From Microcoleaceae cyanobacterium (GTDB lineage: Bacteria; Cyanobacteriota; Cyanobacteriia; Cyanobacteriales; Microcoleaceae), in NCBI GenBank assembly GCA_051652765.1, contig JBOFUV010000065.1, positions 1-52,146 on the forward strand: a stretch of DNA of 52,146 nt, written 5' to 3'. The translations under genes and the position numbers were made by a program. The notes beneath the pieces are model-generated. The model ran no database searches, was not told where the DNA came from, and saw nothing but the letters and a program-made list of their open reading frames with translations. Position 1 is the stretch's first letter. Each line of letters starts with the position of its first letter. Shown one piece after another: positions 9,361 through 18,698 of the stretch.

Positions 9361-9578
9361 TCCATGAGGGAGCGATCGCGGCTGAGATTAAACTCTTCAG
9401 ATTCAGCAATTTAAGCTAGAGGAGACTGACGAAAAAAACTGGAGAGCAAATCTGATAAACATTGAGATTCCTGAACCCATGACATATTTAAACCTTGGGC
9501 GAGTACCTGAATCAGGTGAAGTTTCTCGTGAGGAAAAAGGCGCAGGACTTGTTCTTCAATCTCTAGAATCGTCATCAT
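9361..9578 (-). pseudogene. Small antitoxin-like ORF with a probable premature stop at 9411-9413
   Basis: MMTILEIEEQVLRLFPHEKLHLIQVLAQGL...SSFFRQSPLA*IAESEEFNLSRDRS. FFRQSPL...LSRDRS resembles, from memory, C-termini of small cyanobacterial TA-associated proteins and continues across the TAA. Confidence 0.5.
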
Positions 9579-9653
9579 AGTTTAAATATGTTCCTCAGAT
9601 CGTTACCTACTACCCGACTCATAAACTCTATTCTAGCAAGTAGTAAGAATGAG

Positions 9654-9721
9654 TTCTGACTTTGATTCGATTCGGGAAGATCAGCGGTTTCAGGCGTTAA
9701 TTGGGGAGTGTTCGGCGGGGA
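9654..9721 (+). repeat. Second, paralogous copy of the TPR gene 3' tail (direct repeat of 8701-8768)
   Basis: Ungapped alignment is 57/68 nt identical; SDFDSIREDQRFQALIGECSAG versus SDFDRIREDERFQALVRGCLAG. Confidence 0.88.
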
Positions 9722-9774
9722 AGAACCAGGAGTTGAGTTGAATGCTTTTAGACTCTAGCCATCAAGCCCTTAAC

Positions 9775-10698
9775 TTAAGTCCTTAATTCAAGTACCTGTT
9801 GACAACGGGGCAGCAGTAGTGTGGCGGCATCTCGTTGCATTTCAGGAGAAAAGTAATAGTCATTATAAATAGAAGATTTATCTCCGAGGTCTTCTCGTTC
9901 ATAGGCCAAGTTAATTGCCTGAGGTAGTCCTGTAAATCGACTAATTAATAATTGGGGCATCCCACGATTAGAAATACATTCAATGTAGTCATCACTGTAA
10001 TGACGAACTTTTTCAATCATCTGTGCATTGACTAATTGGGGAAACTGACCGAATACAGTATAAATATTTTCGTAGGATTCAACGTAGCTGGGAGAGCGCT
10101 GGGAAAACCAAAGTAAGAGTTTAGGAACTTGGATTTTTTGTAGTAAAAGCTGAAAGTTATTCACCCAATTTAGCCGAGTTTCAGCAATAATTAATCTCGC
10201 ATAATCTTCACCATGCTGTTCTAAGAGTTCTTGATAGGCAGGCTCTGACCCGATTTTACGGCCATCTGAATTCCGGGTTAAGTGTTCTAATCCGCCACTC
10301 TCAAATAAGGAATTACTTTCACTTCTGCCAGACATAACTTGAACAATGACAAATTTAGCCTGATTCATGTAACTGATTAATGCGTCATGACTTAGGAAAA
10401 AATAGGGGCCTGCTCCACCATAACCCAAGTTTAAAACAGGTAAATCCAACCATTTTTGCAATAGATTGGGATAAGGTTGTTCACAAAAACATCCAAAGGT
10501 TTGGGCCGCACCAATGCAGACAAAATACTGATCTTTTTCTAAGGATTGAAGTTCTGGCCCGCGAAAAGCAAGCTCTGTTCCAGGAAGGATATAGGAATGA
10601 TAATCGATAATCTCCCAATCTCGGCTTTGATAGTAGCCCATCGAAGCAGTTAAATGATGGGGAAATGACTGATCATCCATTGCGTTAAAGTTTTCCAC
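9775..10698 (-). CDS. DUF6473-like protein; true start may be 10680 or later
   Basis: FVCIGAAQTFG...PYP...VLNLGYGGAGP and VQVMSGRS motifs; overlaps the upstream GT2 gene. Confidence 0.6.
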   Translation of the reverse strand: MENFNAMDDQSFPHHLTASMGYYQSRDWEIIDYHSYILPGTELAFRGPELQSLEKDQYFVCIGAAQTFGCFCEQPYPNLLQKWLDLPVLNLGYGGAGPYFFLSHDALISYMNQAKFVIVQVMSGRSESNSLFESGGLEHLTRNSDGRKIGSEPAYQELLEQHGEDYARLIIAETRLNWVNNFQLLLQKIQVPKLLLWFSQRSPSYVESYENIYTVFGQFPQLVNAQMIEKVRHYSDDYIECISNRGMPQLLISRFTGLPQAINLAYEREDLGDKSSIYNDYYFSPEMQRDAATLLLPRCQQVLELRT

Positions 10699-11630
10699 TC
10701 TGGTTTTTTACACAATTCATAGCTGTTAAGACTATCTCCTAAATCCTCAGAATATTTTGTAAAACTTTCGACCCAGTTCATGACAGTTTCTACTGGGGAA
10801 AATGGCGTGTATTTATAGGATTGCTTTAGGTAGTCTTGCATTTCTGTTAAAAAGCCAGTGGAGTATAAATTCCACGAACTCCAAACTAATGTACTATACC
10901 GTACCCAGTTTTCAATTAATTGAATCTCTAAGGGCAGGTCAGGTTGGTTGAAAAAACGATCTAAAACCCAATTAATGGACTTGGCTTGAGCTAAACCATT
11001 TCGCATGGTGTTTTGATCATGTTGCCGATAACAAACTGTGGACTGACGCAGCCAGTCTGCTTGACAGCCTTTGAGGGATAATCGCAGGACTAAATCGACA
11101 TCCTCTGCGTGAGTCAATCCGGGTTCAAAACCGCCAACTTGCTGTAACCAACTGCGACGAAACATTAAGGTTCCCATTGTGCCTAAAGGTTTCCAACGTA
11201 GCCATGATTCTAAGTCTAGTTTAGGAACCCTTTCCCAAGGTTTGACATCCATTAAAATCTCTCCATCCCCACTCATCCGTTGCCAACCGCTGTGAACTAT
11301 TCCTAAGTTTGGATTGACTGTAAACACTGCTAATTGATTGGCTAATTTATCGGGTAAAAATAGATCATCTGCATCCAAGAATGCTACAAATTCTCCTCGC
11401 GCCAATTGAATTCCATGGTTCCGAGCAATAGAAACCCCTTGATTTTTTTGATAAACAGAGTGAATTTTTTCCCGATACTGATACAGAACGTGTTGGGTGC
11501 TATCCTGGGAACCATCATCAATCACGATGATCTCATAGTCAGTATTAGTTTGAGCCAGAATACTCTCAATGGCTTGTCCGATGTAGCGATCGCAGTTGTA
11601 GCTGGGAATAATTACACTAATACAGGGCAT
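10650..11630 (-). CDS. Glycosyltransferase family 2
   Basis: SVIIPSYN, IDDGSQD, ARNHG, FLDADD and EDVDL motifs. Confidence 0.93.
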   Translation of the reverse strand: MPCISVIIPSYNCDRYIGQAIESILAQTNTDYEIIVIDDGSQDSTQHVLYQYREKIHSVYQKNQGVSIARNHGIQLARGEFVAFLDADDLFLPDKLANQLAVFTVNPNLGIVHSGWQRMSGDGEILMDVKPWERVPKLDLESWLRWKPLGTMGTLMFRRSWLQQVGGFEPGLTHAEDVDLVLRLSLKGCQADWLRQSTVCYRQHDQNTMRNGLAQAKSINWVLDRFFNQPDLPLEIQLIENWVRYSTLVWSSWNLYSTGFLTEMQDYLKQSYKYTPFSPVETVMNWVESFTKYSEDLGDSLNSYELCKKPEWKTLTQWMISHFPII

Positions 11631-11673
11631 CTGAGCAGCAGTTAATGTTATTAGTTGACGTTCTTAAATATTC

Positions 11674-13116
11674 ATGCAAGGTAAACTTACCACGCTCCAC
11701 AACAAAAAACGAGGCACTTGGTTTGATCGAATGATGGCTGTGCTGGCTACGATCAATCTCAGTCTAGTGCTGTTTGATATCAGCTATGTTCCGTTGAGAG
11801 ACTTCTACCTGCGTTATCTGCCCAAAGTCGCGATGGTGTATGACCCAGTCAAGGGCATTGAACCTCACCGACAAACGGAAAGCTATCTCAGAACGATTAC
11901 CCAGTTGAAGGAACAAGTCACCAATACGGGTCTTCAGAATCCTAAAACCGAACAGATTTTGGATTCGTTGCGTCGCCAAAGTATTGACTTGATTAATGAA
12001 AACCCCTTTGCCTTGGCGGACAAAAGCGGCACTCTGGAAAAGATTAAAAATCGGATACAAGATCGGGTTTCTATTCCACCCAAAGAATCAGCCAAAGCGG
12101 CATTTACTGAATTTTGGAGTCAAGCCTATCTGACACGGAGGGGTTTTACTACAGAAATAAACTGGTTTGAATCTAGAGTCTCCCCGTTAATTGCTAACAA
12201 CTATTATCGTGGCATCGGGGAAAATGGAAAATTTATTGAGAGATTTTGGAAAATTGATCTGCCGTTTATGATCATTTTCTTTTTAGAATACCTGGGTCGC
12301 AGCTATTTTATTGGTCGGCGATTTAAAGCCTTTACCTGGCGAGATGCGATGCTCTGGCGCTGGTATGATGTACTTTTGTTTTTGCCATTTTGGCGATGGC
12401 TGAGAATTCTACCGGTTTCAATTCGTCTGGATCAAGTGGGATTTGTAGATGTTGAGCGCGTTCGACATCAAGCAATCCGCAGCCTGATTGCCAACTTTTC
12501 CCCAGAACTCACAGAAGTTGTTGTGGTGCAGTTGATTAACCAGATGCAGAATGAGTTGCAAAGTGGAGCCTTGATGAAGCAAGTCTTCGAAGTGCAAAAT
12601 CGCACCTATATTGACTTGAATAATATCAATGAAATTGAAACTATTGCGACCCGTTTAGTGCAGACCACAGTGTTTAAAGTCATGCCTCAATTAAAACCTG
12701 ATATTGAAGCATTATTGCGCTATGGCTTGGAAGAAACGTTGAAACAGTTGCCCTTGTATGAACAGGTTCAAGGTATTCCTGGATTACAATCTGTGCCGAA
12801 ACAAATGGTTGAACGATTAGTTGCTGAAATTTCCAGACTTACTATCGAAAGCTCTCAAAAAACCTACGAATCTATCAAAGTTGCCAGCGAAGATCCCATT
12901 GGAACTCGACTGTCCAGTCAACTGGTTAGACACTTCGGTGAATTTCTCGGGCAGGAACTGCGAGAAGAAGATAGCCTACGAGAAATTGAGTCTCTCTTAG
13001 TAGACTTTCTAGAAGAATTTAAAATTAACTATGTGCAGCGGGTCGATATCGAGAATTTTGAGCAGATTTTGGCAGAGACTCAACAGTTGAGTCGCTTAAC
13101 CCCTCCGCGCAATTAA
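11674..13116 (+). CDS. Conserved cyanobacterial membrane protein of unknown function
   Basis: 480-aa ORF with hydrophobic segments, WRWYD..LFLPFWRWLR motif and helical C-terminal half. Confidence 0.7.
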   Translation: MQGKLTTLHNKKRGTWFDRMMAVLATINLSLVLFDISYVPLRDFYLRYLPKVAMVYDPVKGIEPHRQTESYLRTITQLKEQVTNTGLQNPKTEQILDSLRRQSIDLINENPFALADKSGTLEKIKNRIQDRVSIPPKESAKAAFTEFWSQAYLTRRGFTTEINWFESRVSPLIANNYYRGIGENGKFIERFWKIDLPFMIIFFLEYLGRSYFIGRRFKAFTWRDAMLWRWYDVLLFLPFWRWLRILPVSIRLDQVGFVDVERVRHQAIRSLIANFSPELTEVVVVQLINQMQNELQSGALMKQVFEVQNRTYIDLNNINEIETIATRLVQTTVFKVMPQLKPDIEALLRYGLEETLKQLPLYEQVQGIPGLQSVPKQMVERLVAEISRLTIESSQKTYESIKVASEDPIGTRLSSQLVRHFGEFLGQELREEDSLREIESLLVDFLEEFKINYVQRVDIENFEQILAETQQLSRLTPPRN

Positions 13117-13311
13117 CCTTGGAGAGCGACTTTAAGGAGGGGAGAAGTGCAAAACCGTGACGAAGTTGTACGAATAGATTACGATCTGAATATGTTTTTA
13201 CGAATACAGCAATCCGATTTGAATCATGATCGAGAGGTAGATCTCTGGCCCGCCTGAATTTGACCTGGCCCTTCAGAACAGGAAGGTCTTCTGGCTCAAT
13301 TTGCCCCGTTT

Positions 13312-14952
13312 ATGAAGCTGAAGATTTATGCTAACCCTCACTCATTACCTCCAAGCATGATCAAGCTGCTTGAGAAGTTTCTTCGGCATCCCTTTAAACT
13401 ACTATGGCTGGGGGCAGGGCTTACCTTTGTTGCATGTGTCCCACCCATTTGGATGACCTTGCAAGCCTATGTGACTTTTAATAGAACCCTGCAAGAAGAT
13501 TTTAGACTCAGACGACTCAGTGACCAAATTACTTACCTTGACGAAGTCCTGACGATGTCCGCCCTGATGAACGCTGCAACGGGCGATCGCCAGTGGGAAC
13601 AGCGATATGATCGTTTCGTGCCCCAGCTCGATGCCACAATTCAAGAATCAATCGGTCTGGCTTCAGATATTTATAACAACGAAGATGCTAAACAAACCGA
13701 TGTCGCCAATCAAAAACTGATTGAACTTGAGACTCAATCCTTTGAGTTGGTGCGGCAAGGGCGACAAAAAGATGCTTTTACACTTTTATCAAGTCCTCAG
13801 TATGGCGCTCTAAAACAGCAGTACAAAAAAGGTGTTGATCGCAGAAATCAGGCGATTCAGACTCAGTTAGAGGATCAAGTAAACCGCTATCGCCGACAAC
13901 TGATCGTTTCAGGTTTCCTGTCAGTTCTGAGCCTGGTCTTACTCAGCACAATCTGGCTACTGGTTCGGATAACTTTAAAAACTCATTTAAAGAATCTCAA
14001 AGACGCTCAGACATCCCTAGCGGATATCAATGAAAACTTGGAAAAATTAGTTCAAGCGCGATCGCTGGATTTGAGTCATAAAAATACTCAGCTAGATCAA
14101 GCTCTGTCTGAACTCCAGCAAACCCAGCTTCAAGTAATTCAAAGTGAAAAGATGTCAGCTTTGGGACAAATGATGGCAGGCATCACCCATGAAATTAATA
14201 ATCCGATTGGCTTTCTTTCAGGAAATTTACTCCATGCCCATGAGTATATTCAGGACTTACTGGAACATCTACAACTCTATCAAGAGAGTTATCCCAATCC
14301 AGGATTAAAAATCCAACAACATTCCAAAACAATTGAACTCGATTATGTGGTAAAAGATCTGCCTGATCTGATCAGTTCAATGCAGGTCGGAGCCGAACGG
14401 ATTCAAGACATCAGTCGATCGATGCGAATTTTTTCCCGCGCTGATACAGAGCAGAAAGTCACATTTAATCTGCATGAAGGTATTGATAGTACTTTACTCA
14501 TTCTCAAGCATCGATTAAAAGCAAATCAACAGCGTCCAGAGATCAAAATCATCAAAAACTACGATAATTTACCTGAAATTCAGGGGTTTCCCGGACAGCT
14601 CAATCAAGTGTTTATGAATATTTTGGCAAATTCCATTGATGTATTTGATGAGATGAGTGAAATTCAAGCTCCAACAACAACTCAAGCTGATTATCGGATT
14701 ACGATTCAGACCGAAGAAATCCTAGCTCAAAAAATAGTTGCAGTTCGAATTCGGGATAATGGGTGTGGAATGCCCGAATCAGTTAGCGCCAGAATTTTTG
14801 ATAATTTGTTTACAACTAAAGCTGTGGGCAAGGGAACAGGATTGGGTCTATCGATTGCTAAGCAGATTGTAGAAAAGCAACACGATGGAAAACTCATCTG
14901 CAACTCCCAACCCAATCAGGGTACAGAGTTTGTGATTGAACTTCCCTTGTAA
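13312..14952 (+). CDS. Membrane sensor histidine kinase
   Basis: Two TM helices around an extracytoplasmic domain; H-box GITHEINNP, N-box QVFMNILANSID, DNGCG, FTTK and GTGLGL. Confidence 0.92.
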   Translation: MKLKIYANPHSLPPSMIKLLEKFLRHPFKLLWLGAGLTFVACVPPIWMTLQAYVTFNRTLQEDFRLRRLSDQITYLDEVLTMSALMNAATGDRQWEQRYDRFVPQLDATIQESIGLASDIYNNEDAKQTDVANQKLIELETQSFELVRQGRQKDAFTLLSSPQYGALKQQYKKGVDRRNQAIQTQLEDQVNRYRRQLIVSGFLSVLSLVLLSTIWLLVRITLKTHLKNLKDAQTSLADINENLEKLVQARSLDLSHKNTQLDQALSELQQTQLQVIQSEKMSALGQMMAGITHEINNPIGFLSGNLLHAHEYIQDLLEHLQLYQESYPNPGLKIQQHSKTIELDYVVKDLPDLISSMQVGAERIQDISRSMRIFSRADTEQKVTFNLHEGIDSTLLILKHRLKANQQRPEIKIIKNYDNLPEIQGFPGQLNQVFMNILANSIDVFDEMSEIQAPTTTQADYRITIQTEEILAQKIVAVRIRDNGCGMPESVSARIFDNLFTTKAVGKGTGLGLSIAKQIVEKQHDGKLICNSQPNQGTEFVIELPL

Positions 14953-15012
14953 TGGTTTCTGGCGAGCCCTAAAAAGCTTGGGTTTTAGGTTTTAGCCCGG
15001 TGAATCAATTGG

Positions 15013-15087
15013 GAACCAACTGTGAACCAACTGTGTGAATAATTTAATTTGGCCTTGATTTAGCCTTAAGTTAGCCTTAAGTTAGCC
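15013..15087. repeat. Short tandem duplications (GAACCAACTGT x2; TTAGCCTTAAG x2.5)
   Basis: Read directly between convergent gene ends. Confidence 0.75.
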
Positions 15088-16623
15088 GCCGATCCCAAAA
15101 CGGGCAGCCAGGGCGGGGGTGAACGGAAACAATATGGCAATCATCAGAAACAGGGCCAACAGTCCCAAAGCAGCACGAGTATCATCGGGTTCTGAGAGTT
15201 CATTCAGATTGGGGCGCTCTAGATTTCGCTGCAAGATGAGAATCACAACTGCCCAGTAAAAGGCTAAAGGATTCACAAAGGAAGCGATCGCCAGCACTGC
15301 AAAAGTTGCCAGAGTTGAGCGTCCAGCAATCTTGCGACCGTAGATAGCTTGCATGATTCTACCCCCGTCCAAGGTTCCCGCAGGCATCAGATTAATTCCA
15401 TTGATGATTAATCCAAGCCAGCCGATCAGAGTCAAGGGATTCACGTTTACAACAGGCTGGGCGATCGCCGCACCCAAGATGGCTTTTGCTAGGGTTCCCA
15501 CTAGGACAGAGCTTTGAAAAAACTGAGTTGAAATTTGAAAGGAGCTGCCGCCATGGGAGAGGACTAAGCCTGTGAGGAATATCCCCAGGGATAACAATCC
15601 TCCTGCAGCAGGCCCCGCAAAAGCCACATCGAACAGAACTTTGCGATTGGGAACCAAAGATTCAAATCGATTGCAGGCTCCAAAGGTGCCGACTTGAATA
15701 ATCGGAATAAAAAATGGCCAGCCAAATTTGACGTTGTGTCGTTGGGCAGCAACTTGATGCGCCACTTCATGGGTCACTAAAATTGCAATCACTCCCAAGG
15801 CAATCGGGAGAACTTCTAAATACCGAGTCGGTTCTGCAAAAAAATCAAAGCCCAGTAACAGCCCTCCCGCCTCAAAGGTCGTTGCCACCGTAGCTAGCAT
15901 GAGTAGAATGGACAAGGCTTTTTGAGGCAGGGTTGTGGCAGGTGGATCATGTTGGTGAGGAAGCACGATTACAACTGGTTTTCCGGCATGATCTTCTACA
16001 AAAAACAGGCGGAAGCGATCGCCGACTTTTTCGATCAAACTTTTCGTCAAGCGACTGTAGACCACTTCCGGATCAGCTCGCAGATTTCCTTTGAAAATTA
16101 TCCCTTCTTGATAAGGCACAGTGCCCGTGACAAAAAAAGTATCCACCCCAAAGATTCCCTGAATATCCTTCAACTCTGCCGCTGGAATCAGTGCCAAGTT
16201 TTGCGCCACGGAGACAGAGTCAGACAGTGTTGGTACAGGTTGAGGGGTAGCCTGTTCTCCCTCAGTGTGAGGCGAGCCCTGAGCCTGATGAGAGGCCGCA
16301 GATTGATCTTGTTCAAGGGGCTGGGTATTCGGTTCAGGTTTTTTGGGAGGTTCTTGGCTGGCGATCATCCTAGCTTGCCGTCCCAGGATTATATACAACC
16401 CTGTTGCAGCCAGAAGTAGAGCTAGAACCACCGCAAGATTCAGGTAAAGGCCAAAGGCTGACAACCCAAAAAACAAGAGCCAGGGAACTACTAAAACAAC
16501 AGATTGCAACCAAGACAATAGTCCAAGCTTGCCATAGGGTCTAGCTTTGTAGTACCCCCATCCAATGACTCCGAGAGCAACGAGTAACAGTAGCAAGGTG
16601 GTGTTGTCAGATGCAGTAAACAT
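15082..16623 (-). CDS. Site-2 protease family (M50, EGY-like) intramembrane metalloprotease
   Basis: GNLR, HExxH (THEVAH), AGP and NLMPAGTLDGG motifs. Confidence 0.92.
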   Translation of the reverse strand: MFTASDNTTLLLLLVALGVIGWGYYKARPYGKLGLLSWLQSVVLVVPWLLFFGLSAFGLYLNLAVVLALLLAATGLYIILGRQARMIASQEPPKKPEPNTQPLEQDQSAASHQAQGSPHTEGEQATPQPVPTLSDSVSVAQNLALIPAAELKDIQGIFGVDTFFVTGTVPYQEGIIFKGNLRADPEVVYSRLTKSLIEKVGDRFRLFFVEDHAGKPVVIVLPHQHDPPATTLPQKALSILLMLATVATTFEAGGLLLGFDFFAEPTRYLEVLPIALGVIAILVTHEVAHQVAAQRHNVKFGWPFFIPIIQVGTFGACNRFESLVPNRKVLFDVAFAGPAAGGLLSLGIFLTGLVLSHGGSSFQISTQFFQSSVLVGTLAKAILGAAIAQPVVNVNPLTLIGWLGLIINGINLMPAGTLDGGRIMQAIYGRKIAGRSTLATFAVLAIASFVNPLAFYWAVVILILQRNLERPNLNELSEPDDTRAALGLLALFLMIAILFPFTPALAARFGIGG

Positions 16624-16755
16624 TCGTAATTTAATTCTAAGATTATAAATTTGAGATTAATTCCGAGACTAAGGTGTTGAGACTAAAGTGCTGAGGTTTA
16701 ATTTGAAATTAAAGTGTTGAGATTAAAACATAGGGAGCTGATTTGAAAGATGAAC

Positions 16756-16799
16756 GTGGAGTGAGCATTTTGCCCGCAAAGGCCAGAAGCCTCTACCAC
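16756..16799 (+). repeat. REP-like 44-nt element (GTGG...CCAC)
   Basis: 29/44 identical, ungapped, to the reverse complement of 51481-51524; GTRG/CYAC termini. Confidence 0.55.
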
Positions 16800-16941
16800 A
16801 GACATCTTATGAATCATGACTGATTGTTATATCCACTTAAATTCAGACAAATTGAACGTAAACCCTGTTCCCTCAACAGGATCATTTGGATTTTACTGGA
16901 TCGTTTAGTACTAGAATAACGCTTGACCCAAATTTCAGGGG

Positions 16942-18252
16942 TCATGGTAGTTGACTGATGTCGGGCATCAGAATCACGGAATCTGTGGACTCAGAAGATT
17001 GTGTTGCGGACAATGGGACTTCACCCTGGTTCTCATTCAAGCTTGCTTCAGCCTCTGCCATATCTCGGCGAGTCGCCTCTCGCAATTGTTCTCGGAGCGC
17101 AGGCATGACCGCCAATGCCCTTGTCCAATCGGGAATTTGGGCGTTGGCTGGGTTGTCCAGGTAGTCTTGTCCCGCTTCTGTGATCACTTGTTCAAACAGC
17201 TCAACCGTAACTTCTTCTTGATGACGATCGTAATGTAAGTTGTTAAATCGAGCATCCACAAAATACTGTCGAGTAACGTTTTGGGCTTCCCGGCGAAATT
17301 TAACCCGCAAAGTACGAATGTGATCAGCGGTTAGCACCACCTGCTCAGTTTCCGTTAAGGTGCGTAGAATTGATCGCAAAATATCCCGACACATTTTTCG
17401 GAGTCCTTGATCTGCTGTTTCCCCAACAGGCTGATGTTTGTGATCAAAAATTCCTAAATCAATTTGAGAAATTCTTTTCTCAGCAACATTGCGATAGACT
17501 TCTGCCAAGAACCCAATTTCCAGTCCCCAATTTCCAGGAATTCGAGTGTTTAATGCCAGATCATTTGTGAGGGCGAATTCTCCAGACAAGGGATAACGAT
17601 AGGCTCCTAAATAACGGAGATAGTTGTTGTATCCCAGTAAATCTGTCAGAGCTGATAACAATGGGGTAACAAATAACCGCACCACTCGTCCATGAAATTG
17701 ACTGGGTTGACCCCCCAATCGGGCATAATAAGCTTTGTTAAAGGCAATTCCTAGCTCTTTTTCTACAAGGGGAAACAAGAGCTTTAAAGGATAAGACTTG
17801 TTATAGGTAATAATGTCAGCATCATGCAGGGCAATCACCTCTGCCTGCAAGGAAGCAATCCCTAAACCCAACCAGACCGCTTGTCCTTTACCTTTGAAAC
17901 TGAGTAAATCCAACCCTTTATCTCGCAACTTTTCTAGGAGTTGAAAAACGCGCTTACCGTTTTCCCAAAGGACAAAAGTGGGTTGGGGTAATACGCTAAA
18001 AAATTGTACGGCTCGGGCATACTGTTCTGGAGTTTGGGCATGTAAGCTAACAACAATGGTATTAATAAACTTACAAGACTTTAGCTGATCTCGAATTCGA
18101 GTCAGGGCAGGGCGCTCCAATTCTTCATACAATGCAGGAATCAATACGGCTGTTGGAGACGTTTCACTGAGTTGGGTTAGCCGCGCTTCCAAGAGCTCCA
18201 AGTCACAACCAAAATCATGAATCGTTGTGATTAATTCCTGCTTGTAGTCCAT
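16942..18252 (-). CDS. gpgS: Glucosyl-3-phosphoglycerate synthase (glucosylglycerate synthesis)
   Basis: MDYKQELITTIHD start, GKGQAVW, HDAD DxD motif, GRVVRLFVTPL, YPLSGEFA, WGLEIG and FDHKHQ. Confidence 0.8.
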   Translation of the reverse strand: MDYKQELITTIHDFGCDLELLEARLTQLSETSPTAVLIPALYEELERPALTRIRDQLKSCKFINTIVVSLHAQTPEQYARAVQFFSVLPQPTFVLWENGKRVFQLLEKLRDKGLDLLSFKGKGQAVWLGLGIASLQAEVIALHDADIITYNKSYPLKLLFPLVEKELGIAFNKAYYARLGGQPSQFHGRVVRLFVTPLLSALTDLLGYNNYLRYLGAYRYPLSGEFALTNDLALNTRIPGNWGLEIGFLAEVYRNVAEKRISQIDLGIFDHKHQPVGETADQGLRKMCRDILRSILRTLTETEQVVLTADHIRTLRVKFRREAQNVTRQYFVDARFNNLHYDRHQEEVTVELFEQVITEAGQDYLDNPANAQIPDWTRALAVMPALREQLREATRRDMAEAEASLNENQGEVPLSATQSSESTDSVILMPDISQLP

Positions 18253-18284
18253 AAAGAAACCCAACGGCTGAAATGGTTAATTAA

Positions 18285-18326
18285 ACTGTACATTTTATTG
18301 TACCCTTTTGGGGTGATAGTCGATAC
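18285..18326 (-). promoter_or_regulatory. Putative NtcA-activated promoter of gpgS
   Basis: Minus strand reads GTA-TCGACTAT-CAC (18326-18313), a 22-nt spacer, then TACAGT (18290-18285). This matches GTA-N8-TAC-N22-TAN3T with one mismatch. Confidence 0.6.
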
Positions 18327-18698
18327 AATCTTCACCCTCCCAAACGGTACGAACTGAGTTTTATGCGATCAATGTGTCTTTGAAATGTGTCCCTAGAATA
18401 TGTATTTCAAATTCGGCTTTTTTTCCGAAATCTAAAGTATTCTTGGCATATTTTCGGAAAAATAAATTCTTCAAAGGAAATCTAAAATAAAGTGATTGCG
18501 TTGATACCCAAAGGTAAATCGCAGTCATTAACTGAAATTGCTTTAGAAATCCCTTCAATTCCTAAAGTGGGCAACTTACAACCCTTTTTGGGTGGGCAGA
18601 ATACAGAGCAATTCCCCTTGAATTTCCCTTTTTAGAGGACTTGAGTGGCTGAGATGTCCTGATTGATTTAGATTTAAAAGCTGCTGTAATGCTGTAAT

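Noticed and set aside
18288..18303. GTAC...GTAC palindrome as the NtcA site
   Set aside because: Spacing is GTA-N10-TAC rather than N8; the site at 18313-18326 fits the promoter geometry better.
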